Assembly (NCBI GenBank): GCA_032718475.1
Contig: JAUCBJ010003232.1
Coordinates: 1-36,997 of the forward strand
Direction: 5' to 3'
Length of the DNA stretch: 36,997 nucleotides
From: Nemertoderma westbladi
Lineage: Eukaryota; Animalia; Xenacoelomorpha
Positions 23,083 to 36,594 of the stretch are shown in pieces (position 1 is the first letter of the stretch; each line of letters opens with the position of its first letter). The notes beneath the pieces are model-generated. The model was not told the DNA's origin and searched no databases. It saw nothing but the letters and a program-made list of their open reading frames with translations. The translations under genes and the position numbers were made by a program.

Positions 23083-24610
23083 TGTAAGCGGATTCAATTC
23101 CGTGCACTTCCCACTGAAAATGGGATTAGTGGCATTTTACCAATATAGTTGGCGATGTGAGATTACCAATAATAATCTCACCTCATAACCGACTGGGGCG
23201 ACACACGCCGTAAGCCACAGAGGGAGGTGAGAGGTCAAACCACCTCAGAGGGACAAACAAGCTAGTAAAGCTAGCACAAAGGGACAACGCCAACAGGGAG
23301 TGGCGAGGTGAGAATTAATCAGGTTAAGCCAATAGTGGGTGGGAAAGCACATTGAGGAGGACAAGAGCGCATCTATTGGATATTAAGGCCACCCTGTAGT
23401 GTAGGGCTAATGTAATATGTGTCAATGATATAACCGTTGTGATTACTGACTATAAAGCCAGCAAGCTGGCTTTAAACGAACCTGCCCCTCAAACCAGTAC
23501 CCTGAGTGAGCGAAAATGAAAACACGATAAATTGCCATCAACTCAACGATAGAAACACCAGCGCTGCTGGTATTCATGTAGGCCTAGTAAGCTACTACTA
23601 TTTATTGAAATAGCCCAAACTGCAGAGAAGTAAGTATATTACTTGCCAAAATTATTACTATCTCATTCTAACCCAGACAGTAATCAAACATCAAAGGTAA
23701 GTTTGTATAATGTATTACCCCACCAGATGAATAGCTCTTCCCAGTGAATCCAATGACAATAATCTATAAGGTTACTCACTATATGCTATGTTAGGTAGGA
23801 GGGAGTTGATGATAATGAATGAGGAGGGACACAACTAACACCACGTTTGTCTATATGGACGGTCTCCTTGCAGCTTTTCTAGTTGAATCATATTATTCCG
23901 CAACTAAATAATTTACTCTTTTAGACGAATTTGTGCGTTTTTTTGACGGACTAACAAATTTTGGCGACGTTCTGTGCGAGATTGGCGATATTTGAAAAGA
24001 TTCTGAGGCTCAAATATGTTGCTCAGATGACTGAATATCTCAAATAAAAAAGTTGGTGCATACTCGACGAGTTGAAATCGGTGAAATTCGACTTTAAATT
24101 TTCAAAACCGCTATTTTTCAGTGACCCCATGATCGAAACGCCACAAAAAATATACAGTCTTGTGCGCAACCAAAATTTATGGAGAGTTTGTTATTAAAAT
24201 TTTTGCGTACCTGCTTGAGTTTTTGAGATATTGGATGGTTATACATACACACACACACAACCACATCGTGTTTTTAAACGGCTCAACTCTTGACAAGAAC
24301 TACCCTGGCCTATTAATAGGCAGGTTCGTTATTATTAGTTTAGTTGATTTACTTATAGTTGTGAGACCGGAATAGTTTTGACCGTTGTCGTCGTCGTTAC
24401 TGACCGATTTATTGCATATTATTACATTCAGATTATATTATTATTATCAATTGCTGTGATTATTAATACTGACAATTTAACCCTGTTATTTTCAACGGCC
24501 TTCGGCCTAATATATCCAGCGTTAGCCCAGCAGCCTACTGACGCGACAACGCGTACAATCCACACACCGGTCAGAATCCACCACTGTCAACTCCAGTGGA
24601 TTCCGTCACA
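23083..24610 (+). mobile_element. Solo LTR of a family related to the 819-11568 element, with a nested insertion
   Basis: It starts TGTAAGCGGATTCAATTCCG (vs TGTTAGCGTATTCAATTCCG) and ends GTGGATTCCGTCACA (vs GTGGATCCCGTCACA). 5-bp TSD ATGGC at 23078-23082 and 24611-24615. Confidence 0.82.
23454..24332 (-). mobile_element. Non-autonomous Helentron-like (HINE/DINE-1-type) element nested in the solo LTR
   Basis: 12-bp subterminal inverted repeats AACGAACCTGCC (23475-23486) and GGCAGGTTCGTT (24319-24330). Stem-loop AAAGCCAGC-AA-GCTGGCTTT at 23454-23473, a palindrome CCTATTAATAGG at the other end, and an internal (CA)n. Confidence 0.6.
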
Positions 24611-25738
24611 ATGGCAGTGAAAACTAGTAGGTTTTTTATTGTTATCAAAGAGGTATAGAAATGCATTATTATTAAAATAATTTCATTTATAAGTGATTCA
24701 ACATATCATTTATTCGGATTTAATTCAGACAAAACCACAGTAAAAACGAACTATAAAACAAAACATATTGAAGCACAAAATTAAGGTAGCAAACAACATT
24801 ATGACGTAAAATATAAATAAACAGTAAAAAATTGTTGTTCCTATTGAATAAAAAATAATAATAAAGAAAATAAATTAGGGTGTTATTGTAATGGAGTAGA
24901 AACGTTTTGTGTAGTGCATTTTTTATTATTTTTTACATGTCTCCAATTTGGTTGAAAAATTCATAGAAAACGATATACCTTCGAAAAGGGAATCATCAAA
25001 AGTGCATAAAAATTGTAAAAAAAAAAATTTTGAAAATTTTTTGTAACGTTTTGGCTAATTTTGCAATTTTATTTTCCGATACCACATTTTTTGGAACTAG
25101 CATGTTCATTTTCATCATATAAAAATGGCGTAGTCGAGTAGTAAGTATGTTTCGTGCTAAAAATGACACTCTGTTCGACGGAGATAATCGCCTTCAAAGT
25201 TCAAACCTTCCCGCGCAAAATTACGTGTGGCAAAAAATTAAAATTAGCGAACAATTATTTAAGTGGGCATTTCGTGCTGAATTCGACTCATCAAATATTT
25301 TATTATTATAGGTATTGAGAAATATAGTGGATTTAACTGTGGATAGCATAGCTAGGTGTACTTGGGTAGACAGTATCGCTGTGAAAGGCTTTAGAAGTGT
25401 AACGATATGTAAAATAATGTTAATTGTTTATATTTATAAAACATATATTTTAAGGAATATATACATTACTACTACTATAAGCTGTACTACTTGGAGCTGC
25501 ACTTTGAGATGCTATTAAGATGACATTGAGATGGCTTAACAAAAGTATATTTCCACCACCATGCATTCCACAATTGACAACAAGCCCAATGCAACGTGCA
25601 TTAAGAATGCTATGCCAGTTTATCAACAAAGTTGCACCGCCAAAACTCCCTATCCCTCGTTGTTATCGTGAATTACTGCTGTACTACAGTATGTACTGAA
25701 TTCATCATCTATAACGTGTTGTTGCTAATGTAAATTAA

Positions 25739-25770
<32 letters not shown>

Positions 25771-26584
25771 CTGTGACTGATAACGATAAATTTTGGATAT
25801 ATAAATGAACATACAGTGTTGTGAGTTATAAAAATAACCTGTTGAATTGAGTTGTGTAAATAAAATTATCAAACCACCATCATACTAATCTACTAACATA
25901 ATATTTAACTAACCACATTACATGCTGATACTTCATGTACTGTACACACACCATTATTGCCTGGAATAATAACTATATATTCGATTTAAATAAAGTACCG
26001 GTAGCACTGTATTTCAGGCAGGAGGGTGGGGATATTTCCTCGAACGAGCGTAAGTGACTTGAAATGAGTGACTTTATTTAAATTGATTATTTTCAAGTTT
26101 CGTAGTTTTATTAATTATATATCGTATATTATACCGGTACCGGTACCGCACTGTTACCGTACTGGGTACCTACTTATATGTTACTTATGCTGTCTACAAC
26201 CTTCTGATATTTGGTAAATTCGTATCATTATGTGCATGCGTGCTCTGATGGTATCACTACCGTGCATGTACACCAAGTCTGGATTTTTTAAATGTGTATT
26301 TTTATGTGCTTTTTTGGTTTAATTAGTGGTCTAGCACATAGCCGGACCCTCCCACAATATTGTGGTAGCCATTAAATATTTTATGGCAGCTAGTGTTTTG
26401 TGAAAATATTATGCAAAGAATAATTGTAAAATCAAATATTTGGTATTTAAATTTTCTCTAAACCAACAATAATATGAATGTGTATTATATATATATATGT
26501 TTTTTATCGATATTTCTAAATAACAAGGGAATAATTATTGTTCTAGAACACATTTTAGCTAACTTATTAACTCTCAAGTCCAAG

Positions 26585-26705
26585 GGATCTAAAGTCCCCC
26601 CGGAATAAAACGTATAAAGTGATATAAAGTCCCCCGGGACATAAAGTCCGATTCGGGATATAAAGTCCGATTCGGGATATATAGTCCTCTATGATCTAAA
26701 GTCCT
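26585..26705. repeat. Short degenerate tandem repeat (ATAAAGTCC...GGGAT, ~19 bp)
   Basis: Several AAAGTCC units, two of them near-exact ATAAAGTCCGATTCGGGAT. Confidence 0.6.
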
Positions 26706-27037
26706 CCAACCAACTCATTTTGTAAGTAGAATTCACTAGTCAGAAATTTTCGTAAAAATTTACTGATAGATACTGACATACTCATAGTGATTGTTTTGCA
26801 GTACATTATGTTGGTATGGGGGGCGGTTAAACATTATTTAAAACATTTATTTGTTAAAATCCAAAATTTCAGAAGAAAACGAAACGAAACGAAAAACGAA
26901 TTTAAAATTGTTGAAACGAAACGAAAACTTCGTAGATTGATAAAAAACGAAACGAAACTAATATTTGATAGGATTTGTAAAAACGAAACGATTTCGTTAT
27001 GCCATTCAAATTTCATTCTAATTAATCAAAATTACAT

Positions 27038-27081
27038 TTCCTGAAATATGATTTGGAACTGGCCAAATCATATTTCAGGAA
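27038..27081. repeat. Perfect 19-bp inverted repeat (hairpin)
   Basis: TTCCTGAAATATGATTTGG-aactgg-CCAAATCATATTTCAGGAA. Confidence 0.85.
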
Positions 27082-28082
27082 GTGAATGTCTCAGAAAAAG
27101 TGCCAAAAGTAGTGTTAAAATATGGTGCTATAGCTCGAAAACATTTTTCATTATTAGGAAGACAATAGATTTTTAGGAGAGATGATAAAACTTCAGATTC
27201 CCAACTGTGTTTGTTTCAGTTTTATAACAAAAAAAAACTACGGGGGCGGGGTCATATAGACCCCCCCCCCCCCGGGTTTAATAGACTTAAATTTACACAT
27301 TATTCAAATTGTAATGTATGTATGATATGATAAAATATGTTAATATAACATATATTACAGAGGCTGAATGTGGCCAATTTTGTGAAATACTTATATACCT
27401 TATGTTGTTTAACTTGCCAGCCATATTACCGAAAGTTTAATATATCTCACTGTATTTTCTAACTGTCTGATGTGCTGACATCTATCCCAGCTATTCTAGT
27501 TTTTGTGGATGAGTGATACCTATAGGCCTAGTCCAATTTCATCTTCACAGAGGTCGGCGTTAACTAATATGCACCATTTTATCAGCGATCAAATGGCAGC
27601 AGATATTATTTTCAATGGAGGAGCCTAGTGCTATTGTTGGCGCCACTACGTCGTGTAGTGGAGATACTGAAGTTGAATCAACACCGACATCTACCAGTAC
27701 CGATATAGAATCAGTACCTACCGGCACCTCTAGACCGAGTAACCAATGTACGTGCTCATTCTCCAACTCAGGCTAAAGTACTGTGTTTCAATAGGCTCAT
27801 TTAATAAGAACGATTAAGTTAGCAATGCGACAATGGAGGTCTCAGACGAGATATGTTTAGCACGGTTATTGCAGCCTTGCTGAACTCCTCAATGTTTCCT
27901 GATGATTGATAACTACATTATACCGTCATAAGTAGATGTTGTTAAGGTGTCGAATGGGAATTTCCAAGCAGTAAACTATAGATGAAACTCTAGAAATAAC
28001 GCTTCAGAGGATTGCAGGAAATAAATAAATACAGTAATAGTTGGAGACTTTAATGTAGATCGGCTAGGAAGTTGTGACAAAC

Positions 28083-28247
28083 TCTACCCGGGAGTCTACC
28101 CGGAAGTCTACCCTGGAGTCTACCCGGGAGTCTACCTGGGAGTCTACCCGGGAGTCTACCCGGGAGTCTACCCGGTAGTCTACCCTGGAGTCTACCCGGG
28201 AGTCTACCTGGGAGTCTACCCGGGAGTCTACCCGGGAGTCTACCCGG
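28083..28247. repeat. 12-bp minisatellite (TCTACCCGGGAG), ~14 copies, upstream of the beta-galactosidase gene
   Basis: Directly visible. It produces the spurious PGRL/RVDS ORFs on the minus strand. Confidence 0.95.
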
Positions 28248-28365
28248 GTGATAAGTAGTTTCCAATTGTGGCAAATTGGCCACATTGAGCCACCACCGTA
28301 CATATATATATATATTACATTATTACATACAACACAAGTAGCCCAGTGAATCTCTTAATAACACG

Positions 28366-31300
28366 ATGTTATATAATAATATTATTTCGCTATGGATAAA
28401 ATCCTTATTGTTATTATCAATCAGTTTAACAGTTGTTGTTGGTGTACATTCTTTTGTGATAGACTACGATAGTAACACTTTTCTCAAGGATGGAAAACCA
28501 TTCAGGTATATTTCTGGAAGTATGCATTATACAAGAATTCCAGCTGAGTATTGGAGAGATCGCCTAACCAAACTCTATGCAGCTGGGTTCAATGCAGTAC
28601 AAACATATGTACCTTGGAACCATCACCAACCACATAAGAATGTGCTCGATTTCACCGGGAGCAATCATTTAGAAGGGTTAGTTATCGTAATATTAGGTGG
28701 GATGTTGTCGATCTAGCTATCAGTCATCTCTCTCACAATGCATGCGCAATCCGTTGTGTTGTCAAGGTGAACTTTAATCTCGCAATAACGAGCAACTATC
28801 TATCAGGGTTACCTATTCCTCCAGTCTAGGCCACTTGCGAGACTTCAGCCGTCTACCTAACCCTGAAGCAGTCCATGTTGTCACTAAGGAACCCTCATCA
28901 CAATGGTGGTTCCATATCATCATATCCATGAAGCTTACTTTTTTTATACTAATTTAGTGTCTATATCATGTGTCTCCAGAACTCGGCTGTATTGTATTTA
29001 ATAAATAACATCAAGTCGGGAATGAGATGGGTTACAGCATGGGTTACATACACGGAATATAGCTAATTTGGGTTGTATTTATTGTTGTTATGTTATTGGA
29101 TAATGGCTAAATGACAGCGTTTGCAATGAAACTCTTAAGTGCTACTATCATCCCATAGTCAGTCCTGTATAATATATTAATTTTTAATATTTATATGAAC
29201 AGGTTTATAAAGACAGCACAAGATGTTGGTCTATTGGTAATACTGAGACCTGGGCCATATATTGATGCTGAGATGGATATGGGCGGTTTTCCTTACTGGT
29301 TACTCACCAAACATCCTGAAATCCGCTTGAGAACTTCGGATGCAGTATATCTGGAGTATGTTACCAGCTGGTTCAACATTCTGCTACCAAAGATCGCTCC
29401 CCTACTATACCACAATGGAGGACCTATTATTATGGTTCAAGTTTGTATATTAATAGTATTAATATATTATAGCCATGTATACATACAAATTTACATCCAT
29501 ACATGCCTGCCTTGCCTATACCTCATCCCCGCCTCATGAAAATCCCCAGTTTATCAGCATGATAACCCATTCCAGGGTCTTTTGGCGGTCACTTCAGAAA
29601 TGTCAATGGATGACCACCATGTTTCCTCTCATCGGCTGCAATCGAACAAGTTCTCACAAAGGCAGTTCAGTTCTTGATAGAAGTGGTCAGCAGGACCCGC
29701 CCAACCCGTAAATATATAGTGTAGTATATAGTATGTACAATGCAGACTGAGACACTGTGTGGCTCGACTGAGGGACTGTTCTGAGTCTCTTTAAAATATA
29801 TTAAAAACTTTTCTAAGGTTGAGAATGAATATGGCTCTTATGGTTGTGACAAAGTTTATCTTAAATACTTGACAACTTTAACAAGGAAACACTTGGGAGA
29901 AGATATTGTATTATTTACAACTGATGGATTCTCGGTAAATCTTATTAAATGTGGAACTTTACCAGAACTTTACTCAACTATCGATTTTGGAACTTCTGAT
30001 GATGTCTCTAAGGTTAATTTCCTATATATTTTTATTGTATAGAAAACTGCGGCACTGGAATCAAACGTTACATAGTGCCAATACAAATTTCCTTCCATTT
30101 TATTGTACTATGTTTGTAAATGAAGGTTGATCCTATTCATGTGTATATTACCAAATAACATTCCTAGAAACAGGCCTAGAATTGTCAATTTATATTTAAT
30201 TTAATCCATTGATTACTCCAACTCAGACCAATCTTTATATTATATTCAATAATCTCGAAATTTACCTTGTAACAAAGATTTGAACCTTATAATGTTCCAG
30301 GCTTTTGCTAATATGCGGGAGGTCGAACCAAATGGACCCTTAGTGAATAGCGAGTATTATACAGGATGGTTTGATTACTGGGGTAATGGAGGTCACTCCA
30401 GAGTCTCTATTGCAGACACAGTGCGAAACCTCGCTGCTATGCTCCAAATTAATGCTTCTGTAAACATATATATGTTCCATGGAGGCACCAACTTCGAACT
30501 GAGCAATGGTGCAGACATCTCTGGAACCGATTACCAACCTGTTACAACCTCATATGATTATGACGCACCACTGAATGAAGCAGGTTGGTGAATAGCCAAA
30601 TACCAAATGAAACTCCTAACGCAGGCCGTTACACTGGATTTCTGCTCTCTACCAGTGGAATCCTTAGTGGGGTTTGTTGATATTGATATGTTGAAATGTC
30701 TAGAATTTATAATTCGTTGTTTCCATCATATCAGGGTATAAATTTACAATTTTGCACCAGTCAATCTTAACGACAATGGTTTCTGTTAATAATATTATTT
30801 TTAATTATGATTTTGTTCGATGAGTTTGTTGTTGGATACATCAAGCCGATAGGTCAGCTGTTAGATATAATGTAGGATATGCACCTACTGATTAATGTTC
30901 GATATAATTTTACGGAGTCATTGTGAACTGCTTAACGCGCTACACAGGAGGTGTAATAGACCGAAACTCGCATAGCAAGGGTTCAACACCCCGTGACGTG
31001 CTTACTCATGTTTGCCATTTTTGAACGTAATCTATTGTAGTTGCTTTATCATCTCAAACCCAATTCATCTTAACATTTGGTAGGTAAATAAATTTGATAA
31101 AAGCCCACACTATCAAAATATTTGATCTTTAAATTGTTTACAATAATATTGCCATGGAAACAGTATAATTAAATATGAGGTGCTGTTGGAACTTTATTAT
31201 GATTTTCTGATCGTTTCCAAATGGCCAACACTCGCTTAGCTATCTGACCAATGAAAATAGCATTTATAGGGTGAAATTAGAAATACGGTGTCTTGTCTAT

Positions 31301-32651
31301 AACGCTAACGCATTAAGTATTTGTTTCTATTATTAATATTAATGGAGTTTGAGATGTGACGTTTAAAAACAATAGTGAAGTGCTGCCCATATTTACACCT
31401 ATGCATCTCTCGAAATGGGATATTTAATTTGAAAGATTATAGGTTGGCTTGAACAATTCCATAGCTAGTTTTCAAAGGCTAGTTTGGGTGCTTTGCGTGA
31501 CATTTTATGCACAATATTAATATTGTATTATTAGTATTGGATACCAAAAATACTATGAAAAAATATTTTTCTAATTTTGCGGGGTGAGGTATTATATTAT
31601 GCGAGAAAAATGCAATAATTGGTCAAGTTGAAAGTTAGTAGCAATAGTTTTTTTTTATAAAGAAACAAGATAGCTGTTTAATTGTCATTACCTTCGCACA
31701 GGTGATCCAACACCCAAATATTATGCGATCCGCAATGAAGTAGCCAAATATACACCATTACCAATCCCAGTTCCTCCTCCAACTAAAAAGAATTCTTATG
31801 GAATTATAAAGTTGTTGCCAATTGGCTCACTGACTGACATGTTGAATATACTGTGGCCTCACAGTCGTGCTGCTAGAAATTCACACCTGCGATCATTCGA
31901 AGAACTCAACCTCAACTATGGATTCCTACTGTACCGAACCAATATCACAAATATAAACAAAAAACAAACTTTAACTATCAACAACCTCAGGGATATTGCC
32001 TACATCATTATTGATAAACAATCGTTCGGTTTCTCCTACAGGAATAAACCAGTCAACATCTCTGTACCCGCCGGTTTAACTAGACTAGACATCCTAGTTG
32101 AGAACATGGGGCGGATCTGTTATGGTAAAGCATTAAACGAAGGAAAGGGAATAGGAAGTGCAGAATTAAATGGGAAACCTTTAGAGAATTGGGACATATA
32201 TCGACTTGGGTTTGAGCCACTTGTATTCAAAAACCATATTAATCAAATAATTGCTTCTCAGGCGAGGGAAATATCGTTTTCATGGTCGGATGGATTTCTG
32301 AAATACATCGCAAAATGGGTTTTTGAGAAATCTATTCATCGAGGTTATGATTTGGAAACCAACACTCCCTTCATATACCGTAATGAGTTCTTTATTAATG
32401 AAAGTGACATGGAAGATACCTTCTTAGACATGAGTGGGTGGAATAAAGGCATTGCAATTCTCAATGGCAAAGTATTAGGTCGGTATTGGTCAGCAGTCGG
32501 CCCCCAGTTAACCTTATTTATACCGAAGTCTGCGTTACAACTAAGCAAATCTGGTAGTCAGGTGTTGGTTGTAATTGAATTAGTGGGATCGCCTTGTTCA
32601 ATGGCTGGGAGTTGTTCAGTTGCCTTCGTTAAGGCACCTAAATGGATGTAA
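28366..32651 (+). CDS. GLB1: Lysosomal-type beta-galactosidase (GH35, GLB1-like), ~658 aa; exons 28366-28676, 29203-29440, 29818-30012, 30301-30583 and 31702-32651
   Basis: Signal peptide, then [41 protein letters not shown]|VENEYG (acid/base Glu), [11 protein letters not shown] (nucleophile), [25 protein letters not shown] and GW.KG...NG..LGRYW..GPQ.TL. All introns are GT-AG, phases are consistent, and the spliced length is 1977 nt. Confidence 0.92.
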
Positions 32652-34085
32652 ACAATTGGTTATGCTTGTTTATTATCAGGGGATGAGGGTTATTAACTGC
32701 CTCGATAGGAACTCCATTGCAGTAAACTCTTGACAAATATTTACACCACGAACTGTATTTAATTGATATGTATATATGCCATATAAGAAATTAAACTATT
32801 CAATTATAGCAGTAGACAATGTGGCTATCTAGTTTTCAAATATTTTCCAACTTTGTTAAAACCCACTTTTCTTATCAGCTGCATGCCAAACTATGTGCAG
32901 CTATGTGCAGCTGGGTTCCACTGCAGCCAATTCCGTAGTTGTTAAGACAAGACACAATTAAGCACATATCCAACAACATATGTAATACATACTTAATATG
33001 TGTCACTTTCACACAATGAAACAAGATTTGCTATTCAGCTGTAATACTGCCAATACTTATATTCTAACCCATAAATCTTATATCTTAACCCATAAATCTT
33101 AACAATATTAACATCTTAACAAAACCTTTAATAGAAATCTTAAAAGCAAAAGTTATTATTTTTAAAAATTATTATTTTAAAAAACAAATTCTGTATCACA
33201 AAATCATTGTGAGTATGCAACTGGACTCACTCAGCTATAAGCTTTCTAATCGTAGCAATACCTACAGGTATTTAATAACATCGCTTAGATCCCTGTGTCT
33301 ATCTATTGCTGAAGAGGAATCCTGTAAACCTCACACAGTTGACATGTTAGAACTCCTTGACACTTTCCTAGCTGTTTCGAGAACAATTTTGTATAATTTC
33401 TTCACGTTTTAACTTCATTGTTATCCACATCATTTTTAAATTTTTTTAAATTTTTGAAGTGGATTTATTTAAGTGTATATTTATATTAAGTGTATCAGTA
33501 TTCCCCCAGATGGGGATATTTTCATCGCCTTACCCTATAATTTTCAAATTCCGGTTCTTTAATGCCTCTTCCGCATTATGCAAGTGGAACACGTTGTGGG
33601 GTCTTCGAGCAGCACGTGTTCAAATGTTCAATGACTGAGCAGCGACTAATTAACAAATTTATGAGAGATTCATTGACCAGCTACAGACAGACCAATATTG
33701 TGACATATATTTTAGTTTAATGTTTGATTCAATTAGAGGCACAAATTAAAAAGGCTACAAATATATAGGGGTGAATAATTAAATTAGTCACCCATTAGGC
33801 CTAAAAGGTAGCCAAATATAAGTTGCAATCTATATAAATTTTTAAATTCAGTAGTGTGCGTGTGTTGTGTATTGATTCCGTAGATTTCATGTTGTAATAG
33901 CGTTCATTAATTTAATTTCTATGTAATTATTCAGGCATACTAATACACACATTAAATTAGTTTGTGTGTGTTAAGTGTGTAAGATTTGATTGTTTCGTCA
34001 CGAAACCATTAGTGCACAGAAACTGACGGATTCTTCGCGAATTTCGCAAACGTCGCCAACTTTGGGAATTTGTTCTACAATTTTG

Positions 34086-34474
34086 ACTCCTTAAGCAAAA
34101 GGGTCCCGAATGAGTTTTTTAACCTTTATTTTATTGTGATTTTGAGTGCTTTTTTTATATTAGTGAATGTTCTAGAACCTTAGTAGATTTTTTATGGTAT
34201 ATAGCTAGTATTTTTTACTAGCTAGTAATTTTTGGAAATTATTTTGGTCATTAATATATTCTTCAACAGTTTAACCTGAAATATCATGGACTTTCACATT
34301 TTTTATAATTTCAAAAAATACTAGCTAGCAAAAAAACACTAGCTATCATAAAAAACATATCTACTAATGTTGTAGAACTTTCACCAATACCAAAAAAATT
34401 AAAAAACTCTAAAAAAGGATTGGTGAAAAATGGCTGGGGTGTCGACAGGGCGAAGTAGGGACCGTGTTGCTTAA
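34086..34474. mobile_element. Foldback/MITE-like element
   Basis: Ends TTAAGCAAAAGGGTCCC and GGGACCGTGTTGCTTAA. Internal imperfect mirror arms GTTCTAGAACCTTAGTAGAT vs ATCTACTAATGTTGTAGAAC, plus TAGCTAG blocks. Confidence 0.6.
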
Positions 34475-35640
34475 CCCCTTAGAGCCTATGACGTCCACTG
34501 CACGTCACCATGGACAGCACGAAGACGTGCAGTGGACGTCATGCTGGAATACATGTTTTATTGGAAGGCTCTTGGAGTAGGTATACTGGTGGATAGTATT
34601 AATGACATTTATTGCTCTTCATGGCAAAAAATCCATTCTGTACTGTAGATAGGCTGTATTGTAGACTGTATTATTAGTGTTAGGTATATGGCGTAATGCC
34701 AACCACAGTACAGTAGTTCAGACTGACAGAGAGACCGACAGACAGACAGACTAGATTTATGTAAACGTGTAAACTGACATCAGAAATGAAATCAGCAACC
34801 CTTAAAACCCCCATAGCGAGAATGTTGGTTAGTTAGTATACTTTCTTAAGTTTTCACAGACTGACTGACAGAAAGACCGACAGCCAGACAGACTAGATTT
34901 TTTTAAACGTGAAAACTGACATCTAAAATAAAATCAGCACCCATTAAAACCCCCATAACGAGAATGTTAGTTAGTTTGTATTCTTTTTTAAGTTTTGACA
35001 GACTGACTGACTGACAGAAAGACCGACAAACAGACAGACTAGATTTATGTAAACCTGAAAACTGACATCAGAAATGAAATCAGCACCCCTTAAAACCCCC
35101 ATAGCGAGAATGTTAGTTAATTTGAATTATCTTTTAAGTTTTGACAGACTGACTGACAGAATGACCGACAGACAGACAGACTAGATTTATGTAAACGTGA
35201 AAACTGACATCAGAAATGTAATCAGCACTCCTTAAAACCCCCATAGCGAGAATGTTAGCGACAAGTTTTAATTATTAACCATATTTCGTAAGATATATTT
35301 TAAAACATTTATTTATTAATAATGCAATAACTGAATAACCAGATAACGGAAAGACAAACCGAATTGAAACTTTTAATTACTAATAATAATTGTGGTGAGA
35401 GGTGATGGAAATCAAGAATATATGTTATGTTATGGAGCACGCGTTGGTAGGCACAGGCAAATGAATTGATGTCTGTTGAGATGTATTGAAGGAGCACTAT
35501 TCCTTCTACTGGACTACTATGTCCTTGTGTACTAGCCTAGGCACTGGCTTGGTCAAAGACTTTAGCTTGCAGTAATGTAAAACTTCAAGAAATATTATTG
35601 GGCACGGCTGCCCTTGCCATGCCTTAGGCTCTATGGGGGA
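34471..35640. mobile_element. TTAA-targeting (piggyBac-like) non-autonomous element inserted in the MITE end
   Basis: TTAA-CCCCTTAGAGCCTA at 34471 and TAGGCTCTATGGGG at 35625-35638. Subterminal inverted repeat ATGACGTCCACTGCACGTC / GACGTGCAGTGGACGTCAT. The right-hand TTAA is not preserved. Confidence 0.45.
34720..35258. repeat. ~145-bp tandem repeat, ~4 copies, with GACA microsatellite (Helentron-type core repeat)
   Basis: Repeated GACAGACTAGATTTATGTAAACGTGAAAACTGACATCAGAAATGAAATCAGCACCCCTTAAAACCCCCATAGCGAGAATGTTAG. Confidence 0.85.
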
Positions 35641-36594
35641 GAATGGAATCAGCGTATGAATTTACAATGTTAATTATGTTTAAATCAATTAAAAATACAT
35701 TTATTAACGCAAATCACTTGAAAAAATAAAAAACTATAATGGGATGGGGTACATGGATTCCAGATATCTAATTTCTGTGCAAAATAACTTTAATCGTATG
35801 GTGCTAAACAATTAATTTCCATGGAGAGACCGTTCAAAATGACTCAACCATACAATTTAGCTGAAGATATTAACTTCGATTATGGCTTCCGACATTTATG
35901 GCTACCGACACACACACACAGTCACACACACACACACAGACTTTTGAAAAACGGCCATAGTATAATTATATCAGTTCGCTGATGGCTCGCCATACGTGTC
36001 TCGCCCCACATTCCACTATTACCAAACTCATAGTGCAATGTGATGTACCGCGTATGTTTTTGGCAGCGAGAAATCACAGGATCCTATCTATCTCAGATAG
36101 TGTTGGCATGGCAACATTAACAACAAAGTATCTAATGATAATATTTAAGGTTGTAATACCTAAAGTCAGGATGTATAGATTGTTTTCAAGTGATGCTATT
36201 TTAAATTCAATTTTTAACATAATTTATATATTGTATTACGTTACTTATTATCACTTAATAGTTTACAATTTTTTATAATTTATATATTATATTAGATTTT
36301 AATAAATATAATATTATTATAAAGTCAGTATGATTCAATGACGCCCATCGAAAACCCTCTACCTTAATCCTACTAAATTATTAGACTAGTTCCTAGACTA
36401 GGTTCTAAATTACTAGTTCCTCTCACAGCTCCAATCCTAAGCCCGGCGCCAAACGTCTGCCTGACTGCCTTCTTTTCTAATTTTGTACAGTAATCATAAA
36501 TTGACTATATGGTAATGATGAATGTGTGTCGTCTATGCATAAACATTTTATATGAAATCCTTTTTTATTTCCCTTTTGTTAAAGTTTTTGGTAT

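Noticed and set aside
25741-25768. Poly-C tract as a functional G-quadruplex
   Set aside because: It is a simple homopolymer of unreliable length with no supporting context.
28050-28303. PGRL/RVDS repeat ORFs
   Set aside because: They are translations of a 12-bp minisatellite.
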